Source of the DNA: Octopus vulgaris
Taxonomy: Eukaryota
Reading direction: 5' to 3'
Assembly: GCA_951406725.2 (NCBI GenBank)
Contig: OX597816.1
Location: 66,960,001-67,024,000, forward strand
DNA: 64,000 nucleotides
The notes below the pieces were generated by a model that saw only the letters and a list, made by a program, of their open reading frames with translations, had not been told where the DNA came from and made no database searches. Below are positions 42,618-56,240 of the stretch, piece after piece. Each line of letters begins with the position of its first letter. The first letter of the stretch is position 1. Both the position numbers and the translations under genes were made by a program.

Positions 42618-43484
42618 GTCTGTCTCTCTGTCTGTCTGTCTCTCTCTCTCTCTGTCTATCTATTTATCTCTTTCTCTCTCTCCCTCTCTCCCTCACACAC
42701 ATACAAACACACTCTTTCTGGTTGTCTCTCCCTCTCTCATTCTCTGCGTGTCTCTCAACCCCATTTCTCTCTTTCATGCACTTTCTCTCTTCTCTCTCTT
42801 TCTGCTTATCTCTGTCTATTCTGATATCAAGCTTTCTCTTTCTCTCTCCCTGTCTGTCTCTCTGTCTGTCTCTTTCTCTCTCTCTTACACATACATACCC
42901 GTACGTGCACACACACAACACAAAGACACCTATATGCTAATCAGAACAATCTTTTTGGTTTTTGCTACATTTCTTAAACTCAACGATACCCAAGAACAAC
43001 GAAGCTTTCTTTCTTTCTGTCTTCCTTTCGAAATTTCCACCCATTTCCACCCCACTTCCACCCATCACGTACTTCTAGTTGCTAGACTTAGGTAATGCTA
43101 TGATAGCAAGGTATCACGGTGTTACCACCTCCACCACCACCACCACTTCTATAAAAAAAATAAAGAAACAAAGACAAATACAAAGAATCCAAGAAAAAGG
43201 TGTTCTCCTTTTTGCTGCAAAGCAAAACGAATTAAACTGTATGGGGTAAGACAGGGGTGGACAAGTCGCGGTAGGGGTGATACTAGTGGTGTTGATGGTG
43301 GGTTAAGGATGTAACGGGTAGAGATGGGAGGAGGGAAAGTATTGGTAGTGGTGGTGGTGGTTCTTGTGGCTAATGATGGTCGTAGCTGTGATGGTGGTAA
43401 TGGCGGCATTGTTGATGTTGGGAGTGGTGTTATTATGACGATAGTGATGGTGGTGGTGGTGGTATCCTTGATGACAGTGGTGGC

Positions 43485-43517
<33 letters not shown>

Positions 43518-43677
43518 GTTGGTGCTGGTGCTGGTGCTGGTGGTGCTGGTGGTGCTGGTGGTGCTGGTGAGTAGTACAGTGAATAAATATATATATATAG
43601 AAAATAGTAAAAAGTGAAAAAACTATTATTTTCTATATATTCAACCACGTGCTTTCACAAACCAACTTTCTTATCTA

Positions 43678-43714
<37 letters not shown>

Positions 43715-45675
43715 TCTCCACCAACCCAAACGGATGCGTTCTTACCGTTTTAGCAGATCAAACGGGAACGGCTTAAATTCTGTGTCCTCAGGGCGAGTAG
43801 CTCTTAAGTCCCTTCGCTATACATGTGATTTCTCATCTGGTTTGAATTAGCCCACCTTGTGTCAATGGAAACAAAGAGAGCAGTGGTACGTTGGAATTGG
43901 TTGGTAGTGAAATTGGAATCGTTTTCGTTTTTGCTAAATTAACTCATGGTCAACTCTGACCAAGTGAATCCATGGAAGGGAGATATAGTGGATGATGTTG
44001 CCTTGGGTATCCTGCACGTAGTGAAAAGATGGGGTAGACACGGCTGGAATGCTTTTGACCATAGTTCTGCTCAATCAAGGGAGACCTCGGACTGGAGCTA
44101 AAGAACAACAGACTGGACAGTAAATAAAAAAGTAAATTTCCATCCCCTCTCCCTACCTTTGCATTAGAGTACCCTGAATGTTAGCCTACCACATGTTGGA
44201 GATCACAATATGAGATTTTATGAAGCGATTATACTACATATTATATCGGTGGGTCTCAAATAATCGTTTGAAAGAGTGACAAAAGTTTCTTCTCAATCAG
44301 AGCTAATTTGGGAATAAACCCCTATGAAGTACATCTCCAACATCTACTAATATACATATCGAGTAGGGGTCGGTTAACTTTTTATATAATTGCCTCTGTC
44401 ATAGAATATCGACAACAATCATGTAAACTTCTGAAGCAAATAATAAAGTGTAATCAATGAAAAATTTCTTGATTTGAAAACAATAATTCCGTCGTTCTTT
44501 TGTGTCATTGCCGCTTTTTAATGAAGAAAATACTGGGAATTCTGAAAATATTTAACGAAATTGAATGAAAAGATTCAGTCGTATGATAAGATATAGTAGA
44601 AATATTTAACGTGAAATATTGCATCACTATTTGACCGGAAATTAGCAAGTTTTAGCCTTAACCACGTTCTTCTAGATTCAGTTCGATAAATAATCCAACA
44701 CTGTTCATGTTCAAGATCATTTCAGGTGTTTAGTGAGCCCTTGGCTATCCACACAAGCTCCCAATGACCAATTCTGACTTCTTTTTATGACCCCTGTACA
44801 ACACCCATGGTCTACGATAATTTTTCTATCGTCTGAAACTCAGTCAACTAAATAAAACAAAAAAATCAACGCTTCCTTACATAGGCCCTCAAGTTTGATG
44901 GAGCGGTAAGAGTACCGTTGTGGCAAACTGCATCAATCTTCTTTGTCTATCACAACTGTGTACCCAAGCTCGGATCTCCGTTTATGATTTGCTGGTTTGC
45001 TGGTCCATTTCTTCAAATTGTCCGTCCATCTTTTGCTCTGTCCGCCATTCCCTCCATTATTCTCTGAAGAATGGCCTTCGCAAGGCCTCAGAATATTGTT
45101 CAAGTCCAAATTTGATCCAAACTACTATAACATATATATATCTTGAAAATTTGCCTTGCTATGAAAGCCGGGTTGATTTCCTTTTTGTAATTTTTCATAC
45201 ACCCATTTTTATCAAAATTTGCTTTCAGTTTAGCATTCTGCCTTATTTTTCCTCTCCCATATATATATTAATCAGCCGAAATTATCCAGTTCTTGACTGA
45301 AGATTGGAGGCTTCGAATGACCCGTCCGTGTTTTTTGTGTCGTCTATTTGGATGTTTTGCGTTCTTGTCCCATCTTGTATTTTATATATATACATATATA
45401 TCATATATACATATATATATATATATATATGTCATCTTTTATATATTTCAGTCAATAGACTGCGACCATGGTGGGGCACCGCCTTGACCAAGCTTCTTTA
45501 CCACACAGTCATGGCCTGTTCCTCCGTTTTTATCTTCTTTTGTATGGAGAGTAGGAAGCAGAATGTGATTTGAGAAAAATATGGCTGCCATTTCTGTGTT
45601 ATCTGAAAGCTTGGCGTTGTTTGCTATTAATTGAGATATTTCTAGAAAAACATTGCTTCATAACGTAATTTCACT

Positions 45676-45726
<51 letters not shown>

Positions 45727-46111
45727 TCGTACAGTCATATACACACATGTGCGCGCAACACACACACACACATGAACATACTTACGCCTACACACAGATA
45801 TACACACATAAAGGATGCCTCATTGACATGTCACTAGCACTGAGGCATAGCTTCGTACTGCAGAATGATGATGAAACAGTCTCTTACCTCATGACATTCA
45901 ACACCGTACCACTTAAATGGAGCCTTCAAAAAGTGCTGCTTCCCCACCGCCCCCACCGCCCCCACCACCGCCATCACTGCCACAATCACCACGACGACGA
46001 CGACCACCACCACCACCACCGTCACTACTACTACTACTACTACTACTAATACTTCTAACTTTACTATTTCTTCTGCAAGTTTGTGGTGTGCATGTGTATG
46101 TATATATATAC

Positions 46112-46407
<296 letters not shown>

Positions 46408-46608
46408 CATATATATATACACATATTTATATATATTTATATATACATACATATGCGCGTGTGTGTGTGTGTGTTTGTGTGTATATGTGTATAATAGCGC
46501 CTCTACTTTACTCCAGCTAAGATATCGAGTTCTTTCTATTTTGTTCGTAAATATATATTTGTAGTTTGTAGTTAACACCAACTGCAAATACAGCATCGTG
46601 GTATCGAG

Positions 46609-46670
<62 letters not shown>

Positions 46671-47694
46671 TATTCATACATACATGTGTGTGTATGTATG
46701 TTTTTTACGTATGTGTGTAAGTATACACACACAAACACTTATGCATGCATATATACATACCTACATACATAGTGTAGATGTTAGCTGCATATTAACTCGG
46801 CGAACAAAATAAAAAGAACTCGATATCTGAGAGTAAAGTACATGAATTCTCTCTACTAGCAGCCTACGTCTGTATGAGAATTACCTTCGGGCATGACACT
46901 TTGAGTAACTAAGTGTAAAGTGGCTAGAACTAATGTCTATACGTGTGTTTTGCGTGTGCATGCGTGTTTATATTTGGGCGTGTCAAAATATTCTCGAAGA
47001 CCAACTGATATTGGCACTCAAACTTCTTAATTTATATTTAAAATCTTAACTGGTGATGTTTACCTTGTTAATATGACATATGGGAAACAGATGTGTAAAA
47101 CAGACTATCGTGCCGCATGTAAAATATGGAACGAACCAAGTTATGATTTTTGTCATGAGAGCCGTGTACGATATTCTCCCTTCTTGGACTAAAATTAACG
47201 AGTAGGGTTAGAGTGCCACTACTTGTAGACATCGGAATGATGACATTGTTGGAGCCTAATTCTTGTAGCATGCAAGGAATCCCTTGCAGAGTATGACTAA
47301 GTATTCTCGAGCATCTTTATTTATGTACTAAAACAACAATGCAACATAGAGTGTGATGAGACCCGACAGAGCTTGGATTCTGTGTTTTCCACAAGGATAT
47401 CAAAAAAGGGTAACGCATGGGCATGAACAAAGGAAAGCCAAGTAATTTTAGAGTTCGGAAAAGGGCTAATAGCTGGAAGAAACAGCTACCGTGTTAAAAT
47501 ATTGCAATAACGAAACAACGCCCAAACTTTATGGCTTAGTCTGACTTCATAAGAAAACGTCCCGGTTGTTGAGTCGACGGTACTTTGAGAAAGCAATATA
47601 AAGCGGGTACATGAAAGGAAATTAAAAAAGGAAAATGAGAAGCAAAGCATGTGTATGTTGCTTATCAGTTTTCTTTTCCTTTCTTTTATTCTCT

Positions 47695-47725
<31 letters not shown>

Positions 47726-48099
47726 TGACAAAAGATACAAGTCCGAAACGTTAAACAGTTTTGGACGTGTGTGTGTATGTACAGTCTACCCAAAAAGTTG
47801 CAATGGCAAATACAGAAACACCAAACCAGACCTCTTATGTGGGTAATATGTTTTAGGCTGGGCTACACGACATCTAGAGATATATATATTGGCTAATTTC
47901 TGCATATGTTCGTTGATGTTTCTATAAGTAACTTTTAGTTTGTGTGATATAAATGAAGCAACACCTAATTGATTCTATACCAGACATTGTACTACAGTCT
48001 GTGTGGTATTGTAGCTGGTAACAGCCCCTTAGACCGGTATACGCCTCAGATTTCATAGGATTTTCGTAATGGCTGTAAACTAGAAAAACAAAACAAAAA

Positions 48100-48109
48100 A
48101 AGAAAAGAA

Positions 48110-48193
<84 letters not shown>

Positions 48194-48235
48194 AGTAAAG
48201 AAAAGAAAAGAAAGAAAAGAAAAGAAAGAAAAAAA
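48100..48235. repeat. (GAAA)n microsatellite
   Basis: Directly visible. Confidence 0.95.
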
Positions 48236-48321
48236 AAAGGAAAAAATCGCATGCATTCTGAATTCAGAAAATTAAGAGACAGAAGAACTACCAGAAGGCG
48301 TCGCTTTCGACGCTTTAACGA

Positions 48322-48555
48322 TTTTTATTTCTTTATTGCCCACAGTGGGTAAACATAGAAGGGACAAACAAGGAGAGACAAAGGGATTAAGTCGATTACT
48401 TCGACCCCAGTGCGTAACTGGTACTTAATTTATTGACCCCGAAAGGATGAAAGGCAAAGTCGACCTTGGCGGAATTATAACTCAGAACGCAGCGCCAAAC
48501 GAAATACTACTAAGCATTTCGCCTGGCGTGCTAACGATTCTGCCAGATCGCCACC
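48322..48555 (-). mobile_element. SINE family A monomer with Tx1-like tail
   Basis: Head, core and TTTGTCCCTTCTATGTTTACCCACTGTGGGCAATAAAG tail. Confidence 0.9.
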
Positions 48556-48732
48556 TTTGTCACCATTAATAAGACAATGGCAGACGGGAATATTTAGATG
48601 CAAACCATTAGATTATAAGATCAAATAGAGTCGGAGTCACCTTTATCTTTCATATTTCTATAGTCAACAAAATATATAAGGTTAAATCGATCCTGCTTTC
48701 CCGAAATACTTATAGCTTTATTCCAATGATGT

Positions 48733-49020
48733 GAAGGTGCGTGGCTTAGCGGGTTCGCGAACCAGCGGCGCGTTGTGTCCTTGAGCAAGACACTTTATTT
48801 CGCATTGCTCCATTCTACTCAGCTGGCATAAATGAGTCGTACATGTAATTCAAATGGGTAAGCCTTGTTACATTCCGTGTCACGCTGAATGTCCCTGAGA
48901 ACTACGTTAAGGGTACGCGTGTCCGAGGAGTGCTCAGCCACTTGCACGTTAATTTCACGTGCAGGCTGTTCCGTTGATCGGATCAACTAGAACCCTCGTC
49001 GTCGTAACTGACGGAGTGTC
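48733..49020 (+). mobile_element. SINE family D
   Basis: Deleted tRNA-like head and GTGTCCTTGAGCAAGACACTT; its 3' part recurs inverted at 51408-51570. Confidence 0.75.
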
Positions 49021-50348
49021 AGTTATTATTGTTCCAATGATACTAATCAACAAAGATGGTGGGGATGGAAACATGGAAAAGTAGATTGTTGGATTGAATG
49101 CCTTGAGATGTTTTGTTATAGTCCTTTCCGATCTGAGATCAACTCCCAGAAAAATCGGCTTTGCGAACAGAAGAGTATCTATGTATTGAGTAGATGTATA
49201 TGAGTATTATAGTAGCTGCAATAAAGAGATGAAGTTGCGTCTCTCCAGGCTTTTGATTTTACTCACTCCCATAGAAATGCATTTTTGCATCCAATTTAAT
49301 ACACATAATAATATAACTGATTCCTCTTCTCTCTAGCCGTGTACCAAAAAAGAAAAAAAGAATGATTGTAGATGTGGTGTTCACCATAAAATAATAAGTT
49401 CTCAGCAAACTGAACCTGCGACCTGAATCTGATTCTTAATTGTAACTTGTCTAAATGGCTTGTTTTTTTTTATTCTGGAAAACGAACGAACACCACAACT
49501 TCCATTAATGTTTTCTGTAATTTTAGTAGTTAGTATGTTAAAAAATCTGATGTTGGGCAAATTTTTTCCATGTGACTAACTTTTTGTGTATACTTTACTC
49601 AGATACAAGACAACTAACCTTTTAAGCACATTATATGCACATACAAAGCAACCAACCTTTAGTATGTATATTAATTTCCTTTGTGTTCTGGTTGCAGAAT
49701 GTATGTGCCCGCTTACAGCGTACAGCAAAGAGCGAGCAGTGCTTTCTAGTTGTCTAACAAATTTCAGATTTACCACAGATGAAAACAAAGAGAAAAGAAA
49801 CAAGAAATACACTAAAAAAAAGCATAACTTGCAGTTAACGTAAAGATAAAGTAAATATAAATATAAATAAGTATATACATAAACAAAACAAGCAAACAAA
49901 CAATAAATAAATAATAATACAACTTAAGTAAATAAAACAAAATACTTACTAATGAAACAAAACAAATGATATAAAATTGTCATAGTAACCGAAACCAAAG
50001 AAAACATTGATTATCATTCGGATTACGTTCTGTATGTAAGGCTTAATAAGATCTTTTGTTTGTGTAGGAAACGTAGATGTTAAGATAAAACCCTGACACT
50101 TGTGAAAACTTTACTTTCTAATGAAATGAAAATACGAAAAGTGGATGTACTTTATTTATTCAAATGACTATTTAGTTTGAGATAACCATTATCTGTTTCC
50201 TTCCGTTGTGTACAGATTACAGTTAGCAGCAAATTCCGGAACGGGGAATAACGGTGAAAGAAATATGTGCTCACGCTTCTAAGAAAATGTATACGAGGTA
50301 ATTAGGCTTGCCTGTCTGTCTGCCAGCCTTTCTATGTCTGTATGTGAG

Positions 50349-50905
50349 TATGTGAGGTCTGATCAAAATGTTTCGGGACTGTTGCTATGGTAACGGAGCT
50401 AAAGTACGCAGAGTGAAGCCGCTTGACACAGGTTAACCTTGAACTCTGTCGTGCATGCATAGCAAGTTACAACGCTCTCGCTCACTTCCGTTGTTTATAG
50501 AAGTACTTGGAAGTAAAGTGTGTAGAGTGTGGTCGTCTCACCGCACCGACGAGGTTCCATCAGTTGCCAAGGCAGAGAAAATGTGTGTGCGTGTGTGCGT
50601 GTGTGTGTGCGTGTGTGGAAAGAGACACGACTTGAAGGTTATTATGGCCAAGAATCTTTCCAAAAATCAAATCCCACTTGAAAGGAATACGATATCAAGA
50701 CATTGAGGAAATCCAAGATAATGCGACGAGGCAGCTGTTCGCTATTCCAAAAAAAAAAGAGTTCCGGAATTGCTTCCATCAATGGAAACTACGCTGGATA
50801 AAGTGTGGACGACTTCAGAAGGGTACTACTTCGAAGGTAATTAAATGCCGAATGGATATGTGTAGTAGTTTTCTTTTTATAGTACCTTTTTGAACAGCCC
50901 TCGTA
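50349..50905 (+). mobile_element. Internally deleted mariner element
   Basis: FPKIKSHLKGIRYQDIEEIQDNATRQLFAIPKK..FRNCFHQWKLRWIKC..EGYYFEGN is a mariner transposase C-terminus; TIR-like ends TGAGGTCTGATCAAAA and TTTTGAACAGCCCTCG-TA. Confidence 0.75.
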
Positions 50906-51407
50906 TACATGTATGCATACAGAGACACTCAGCAACGGGACATGTCTGTTACATAATGTGACATTAGCTGCTTGCTGAAACCAACTGTTCTCTGTCAATT
51001 TAAGCAGCATGTTGAACCTCACAGCAAAGCTTATACCATGTGGGTGATGTCTGCTCTTGTAATAGGCCATAGCGAAAAAGATATAACACTCATCAAACTC
51101 GATAAGAGATTCCTCACCGTTTATTCTACTCTTATTCATGAAACAATATCAACACTAGCACTTCAACTCACTGCGTTATTCCCTGGCCGAAACCCAAGGA
51201 CACACACGCCAGGGGAGTCGCACTGCTCTATCGCAACAGAACATCCAACGGAAGGCTTTCTGCTCATCATCAAAACGTCAAGCTTCGGAGCGACAATAAT
51301 CTAGATAACTAGTAGTCTATCTTGGACTAATAACCGTTATATTAGATTCTACCTTGAAGGGTGTGCTTTCTGTAATCAAAGTACTGGAAGAAACAACAAA
51401 ATATTGA

Positions 51408-51570
51408 TACTCCATCGGTTACGACAACGTGGGTTCCAGTTGATCCGATCAACGGAATAGCCTGCTCGTGAAATTAACGTGCAAGTGGTTGAGCACTCTT
51501 AATATACAGATACGCGTACTCTTAATATAGTTCTCAGGGAGATTCAACGAGACACAAAGTGATAAGACTA
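51408..51570 (-). mobile_element. SINE family D, 3' part
   Basis: Reverse complement of ~48860-49020. Confidence 0.75.
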
Positions 51571-51723
51571 ATCTAGATGCATATATCCAAAATAGACTTG
51601 TTGGCCACGCTTGGGACGTTCTTGATCATAGGTCTGCATAGCTGGAGTTGACCTGGAGTTAAGCAATAACAAGTAAGGGCTAATACTATATAATGCTAGA
51701 GGTGCGGCTAATTCATCGATCAT

Positions 51724-52780
51724 GTCAAGGATGGTCAACCTATGGCGTATACGCCAAAAGTGACGTATTGAATGATTGAAAATGGCGCATTACACACACG
51801 TTCATAATTATTTGATACAAATTTGATATTTGTTTGGATCAAGACAGGGCAACCAGTGACAGTAGAACGCATCTTTTTTGCCAGTCAGTTTACAGTTGAC
51901 TCTCCTACGCTAAATACAGATGTGCTTTGTTCGTCCTTTGTGAACATTTGCGGAAATATTATGTCTTGCTTTGGTTTTACCCATCACAGTGCAAAAGAAA
52001 AGCGGGTGATTGTGTGAAATCAATGAACAGCGGGAAGTGAGCTCTTATTTATTGTATTTCAGCAAAACCACTGTTCACTGTGAAAATGGTGTTTCACATA
52101 ATATAAAACATGATCTTGATAGACTCGACAACTCTCAACATGAGACTAAAATACAAGGCAAATTGAAGCTAAAACTTGGATCTGGGTTATGGAAAAAATA
52201 TGAGATTTAAAAAAAAAAGAAATCAAAAGTAGACAGAATATACATTCGTTGAAAGAAGTTATGAAAGTTTTGCGATGAATGAAGCGTCTTGGGAAATTGC
52301 TTTAGTTTGTGCCAAAATAAATAAATAAATATAAACGGTTTTTTTTTTTCTAGTTAGGAAGAAATTTTTAGGTGCTGTCTCTAAATATTTGCCTTGGTGA
52401 TAAAAATATCGAAAAGTAGATGCACCGAAGAACACTCCCGTGATGCATTTAAGCAAGTGAACTTACTTTTCTGTGGGTTGTTCTTTATTTTCTTTAGCTG
52501 TAAGCAGATGAATAAATGATGTAGTCCAGTTAGGCATTTTTATAAGCGGAGTTGATAACTGCTTTTCTGACATTAAAGAACTTACCGGTTATGCGTTGCT
52601 TAACGTTAAAAACAAGAGGATCTGACATTTGACAAAGCGTGAATATTTCACGGAATTAACGGTAAACTTATTGGATTATTTCTGAAAACTTTATCCAAAA
52701 AACCTGAAACTTGTGTTGTGTCTGTATAAAAAAATAGTCGCTCATCTGCTACTCACTGAATAGTGAAGGAAATTGGAATA
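51724..52780 (+). mobile_element. Decayed hAT (Charlie/Buster-like) transposon 5' part
   Basis: CAAGGATGGTCAACCTATGGC-type end; translated remnants NEASWEIALVCAK and QLGIFISGVDN. Confidence 0.55.
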
Positions 52781-53004
52781 CGATGATTACTTAATGCATT
52801 TTATATATACACTTTACATACTTTATGCACAATTTTATAGATTAAATACACAAAATATGAAATTGAGAATAGGTTTTGAAACACATTACATACCAATTAT
52901 ATTATATGTTGTATGAATTTATAGCTAAACTCTTTTGAGAGAGCAGAAATGGTACGTTTAGAGAAACAGAGATACTGTCATGTGTGTATATGTGTGTGTG
53001 TGTA

Positions 53005-53082
<78 letters not shown>

Positions 53083-53793
53083 AAATGGCTGACGGTTAGT
53101 AAGGAGAGACACAAATAAGTAAGAAGAAAACAAAGGACCACTGATGCGGTCACAGGAGTGTGACGAAAGAACTCTGGCCGAAATAAGATTAAGATTAATG
53201 TAAAAAATAAATAACACTGAAGCAAAGTAACACCAAATATATAGTGCGTGTGTTTTTATTGGCTAAACTGGCAAAATGACCATTCCTAAATACAACAATA
53301 TCTGTTTCAACACACGACTTCACATAAAAAATCTTGCACAACAAATATTTAAACGTATGTATATATATATTTATAGTCTCGCTTTCACCTTCGAAACGTA
53401 GAGTAGATGAAACCATAGCGACTGAAGGAGGGGTTTTTTCTTTGTGTTAATTGTCCTGTACTCTATTTTTTTGTTGTTTAAAAAAATGTCCAGTTCCTTG
53501 GGTTTGTGTCTATGTTTTCGTTTCTCATTGTGTTCGACGTCTTTTTGGTGTCCTGTACTCATATATGAGTGTATATGTACATGTAGAGGTAGGTACGTAC
53601 ATATATGTTTATATATATGCATATGTTTTATTTATTAATATATTATATATATATATATATATATTGATAAAAATGGTAAGACAACAAAAGAAAGAAAGAG
53701 ACCTCGATATTAGGAATTTATCTGTAAATGTTAATATGTGACAAATATTCGGTAGCCATGATAATTGTCACATATTACATTTGCAGATATATA

Positions 53794-53857
<64 letters not shown>

Positions 53858-54081
53858 AATAAATATATATATATATATATTATTCTTTTTTTCTTTTATT
53901 TGTTTCAGTCATTTGACTGCGGCCATGCTGTGCTAATAAATAATTTAGTAACTATATATATATATATAGCTACTAAAATATTTATTTATAAAAAAATTTC
54001 AGTAATATAAAAAAGACAAAGATAAGAAGACGATGAGAAAAAAAGAAACAAAATGAAGAGGAGAGAAAAAGAATATCAACC

Positions 54082-54152
<71 letters not shown>

Positions 54153-54198
54153 TGTAGAAGCAGTAATGGAGATGGTAGTTGTAATAGTAGCAGCAGTT

Positions 54199-54237
<39 letters not shown>

Positions 54238-54434
54238 ACACGCTACTTGTAAACTGCATGTCTCTCAGCTGGCTCTTGTCATCTAGAAACTAAATACTAT
54301 CTCACAAACAAACAGCTATATCTGCGCCAAAATAAATATACCGAAAGCATTGTCACCTGCAACCAATTCTTACAATCTCTCAGAATGCCAAGCCACTTCC
54401 TCATCTTCATCTCAGACATCTACGTCTAAACACA

Positions 54435-54586
54435 TGCCTGCGTGGTATAAAGCTCGTTTTGCAGCCACGTGATCTCGGGTTCCAGTCTCACTGTCCGGCA
54501 CCTTGAACAAGCGTCTTATACTCTGCTCCGAGCCGACCGATACCTTGTGAGTGAATTTGGTAGACGGAAACTCTGTGGAAACCTGT

Positions 54587-54668
<82 letters not shown>

Positions 54669-54715
54669 CGTGCGTGTGTGTGTGTGTGTGTGTGCGCGCG
54701 CGCGTGCGTGCGTGC

Positions 54716-54793
<78 letters not shown>

Positions 54794-54935
54794 ATTTGTC
54801 CTCCCCACCTCCGCTGCACGATAGAGTAAGTACCAGACTTATAAAATAAGTCTTAGCGTCGATATGTTCGACTAAAAAGCCTTGAAGGTGATGTTCAAAT
54901 ATGGCCGCAGACCAATGACTGAAACAAGTAAAAGA
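54435..54935 (+). mobile_element. SINE family B with ~200-bp expanded internal (TG/CG)n
   Basis: Head at 54435-54588, microsatellite at 54589-54792, 3' part to ...AATGACTGAAACAAG. Confidence 0.8.
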
Positions 54936-55694
54936 TGAAAATTAAGAGCTAAAGTAATAATTAATAGTGTGGTTATAAACGACAACCTATTAACAAATTT
55001 TATATCTCTGCTTCTTCTCAGCGTTAACCAATGCTTATTGGATGATGAAATCCAATAACTCGCGATTTCTCATTCTTGACGTCAACGTTTCATAACAAGG
55101 ACCCCTTGCTAGTGAAAAAAATACACCACCAAACGGAAACTTACTAATTTTAAATTTTCGACCAATGATAGTGACAAAAAGAAAAAAAGAAAAAGAAAAA
55201 AACACATTAACAGATGTAAAGTTACTTATTTTGCACCCTGTACCAAAATTACGCCGAGGTCGACTTTACCTTTCATCCTCTCCGAGTCGCTAATAAAGTA
55301 CAACCCAAGGCTATGAAATAATTGAACTGTAAGAACGTCGGCCCGGTTGCCTTCCAGTATTTAATTCAATTCTTTGCGTACTAAATTCATAGCCAACAAT
55401 GACATACTTGGGTAGTAGAATTAACACGCCATTCCGTTTAATACCACCTCTGGCACTTTGGGTAGTTTCACGTGAATCCACTCGGATGCAAGTATCCGAT
55501 CTAGATTTCCAGTTTGATAATAGCTTCCTCCTCCCTTCCCGACATTCTTAGAAGCCTTTATAGGATCAAGGGTACTGTCTGCCATCTTGAATTTTTTTAG
55601 ATGAAAAACATTCAAACGAATTCATCGTGTACATCTTTGAACAGATTAATGACGGATGCTTTTTCTCATTGCAAGTCAATTGTGCAGTATCTTT

Positions 55695-55905
55695 TATCTT
55701 TTACTTGTTTCAGTCATTAGACCACGGCCATGCTGAGGCACCGCCTTGAAGAATTTTTAGTCGATTGAATCGACCTCTGTATTTTTTTTTTAAATCTGGT
55801 ACTTATTCTATCGGTCTCTCTTTGCCGAACGGCAAAGTACTCCGGCAGGGGCCTGAGACAAGCACAGACAGAAATACACACACACACACGTACGTGTCTG
55901 TGTAT
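55695..55905 (-). mobile_element. SINE family B, 3' half, separated from its 5' half by the Tx1 LINE
   Basis: Colinear with 38541-38760. Confidence 0.8.
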
Positions 55906-55940
<35 letters not shown>

Positions 55941-56240
55941 CTTTCTTTTATTAGCCACACAGGGCTGAATACAGAGGGGACAAATACAAATGCAGAGCTT
56001 TTCTTTTCGAGGGTGGAAAAAAATAAAAATGTAAGATTGCGATCAAAAGGGATCGAGAGGAGGAAAAAAAAGGAAAAAAAGAAAATCGTGTATCACAGAA
56101 ATAATGGTGTAAACATTGATATAACAAGATTGGGTTCATCCGTGGGAAGAAAAGCCTACAGAAAAGACCACGGGAACCCCAGTCAGGGAGGAAATAAACA
56201 CATGAGGTCAAAAATGCTCTCTTTCTTTCTTTTTTACGAT

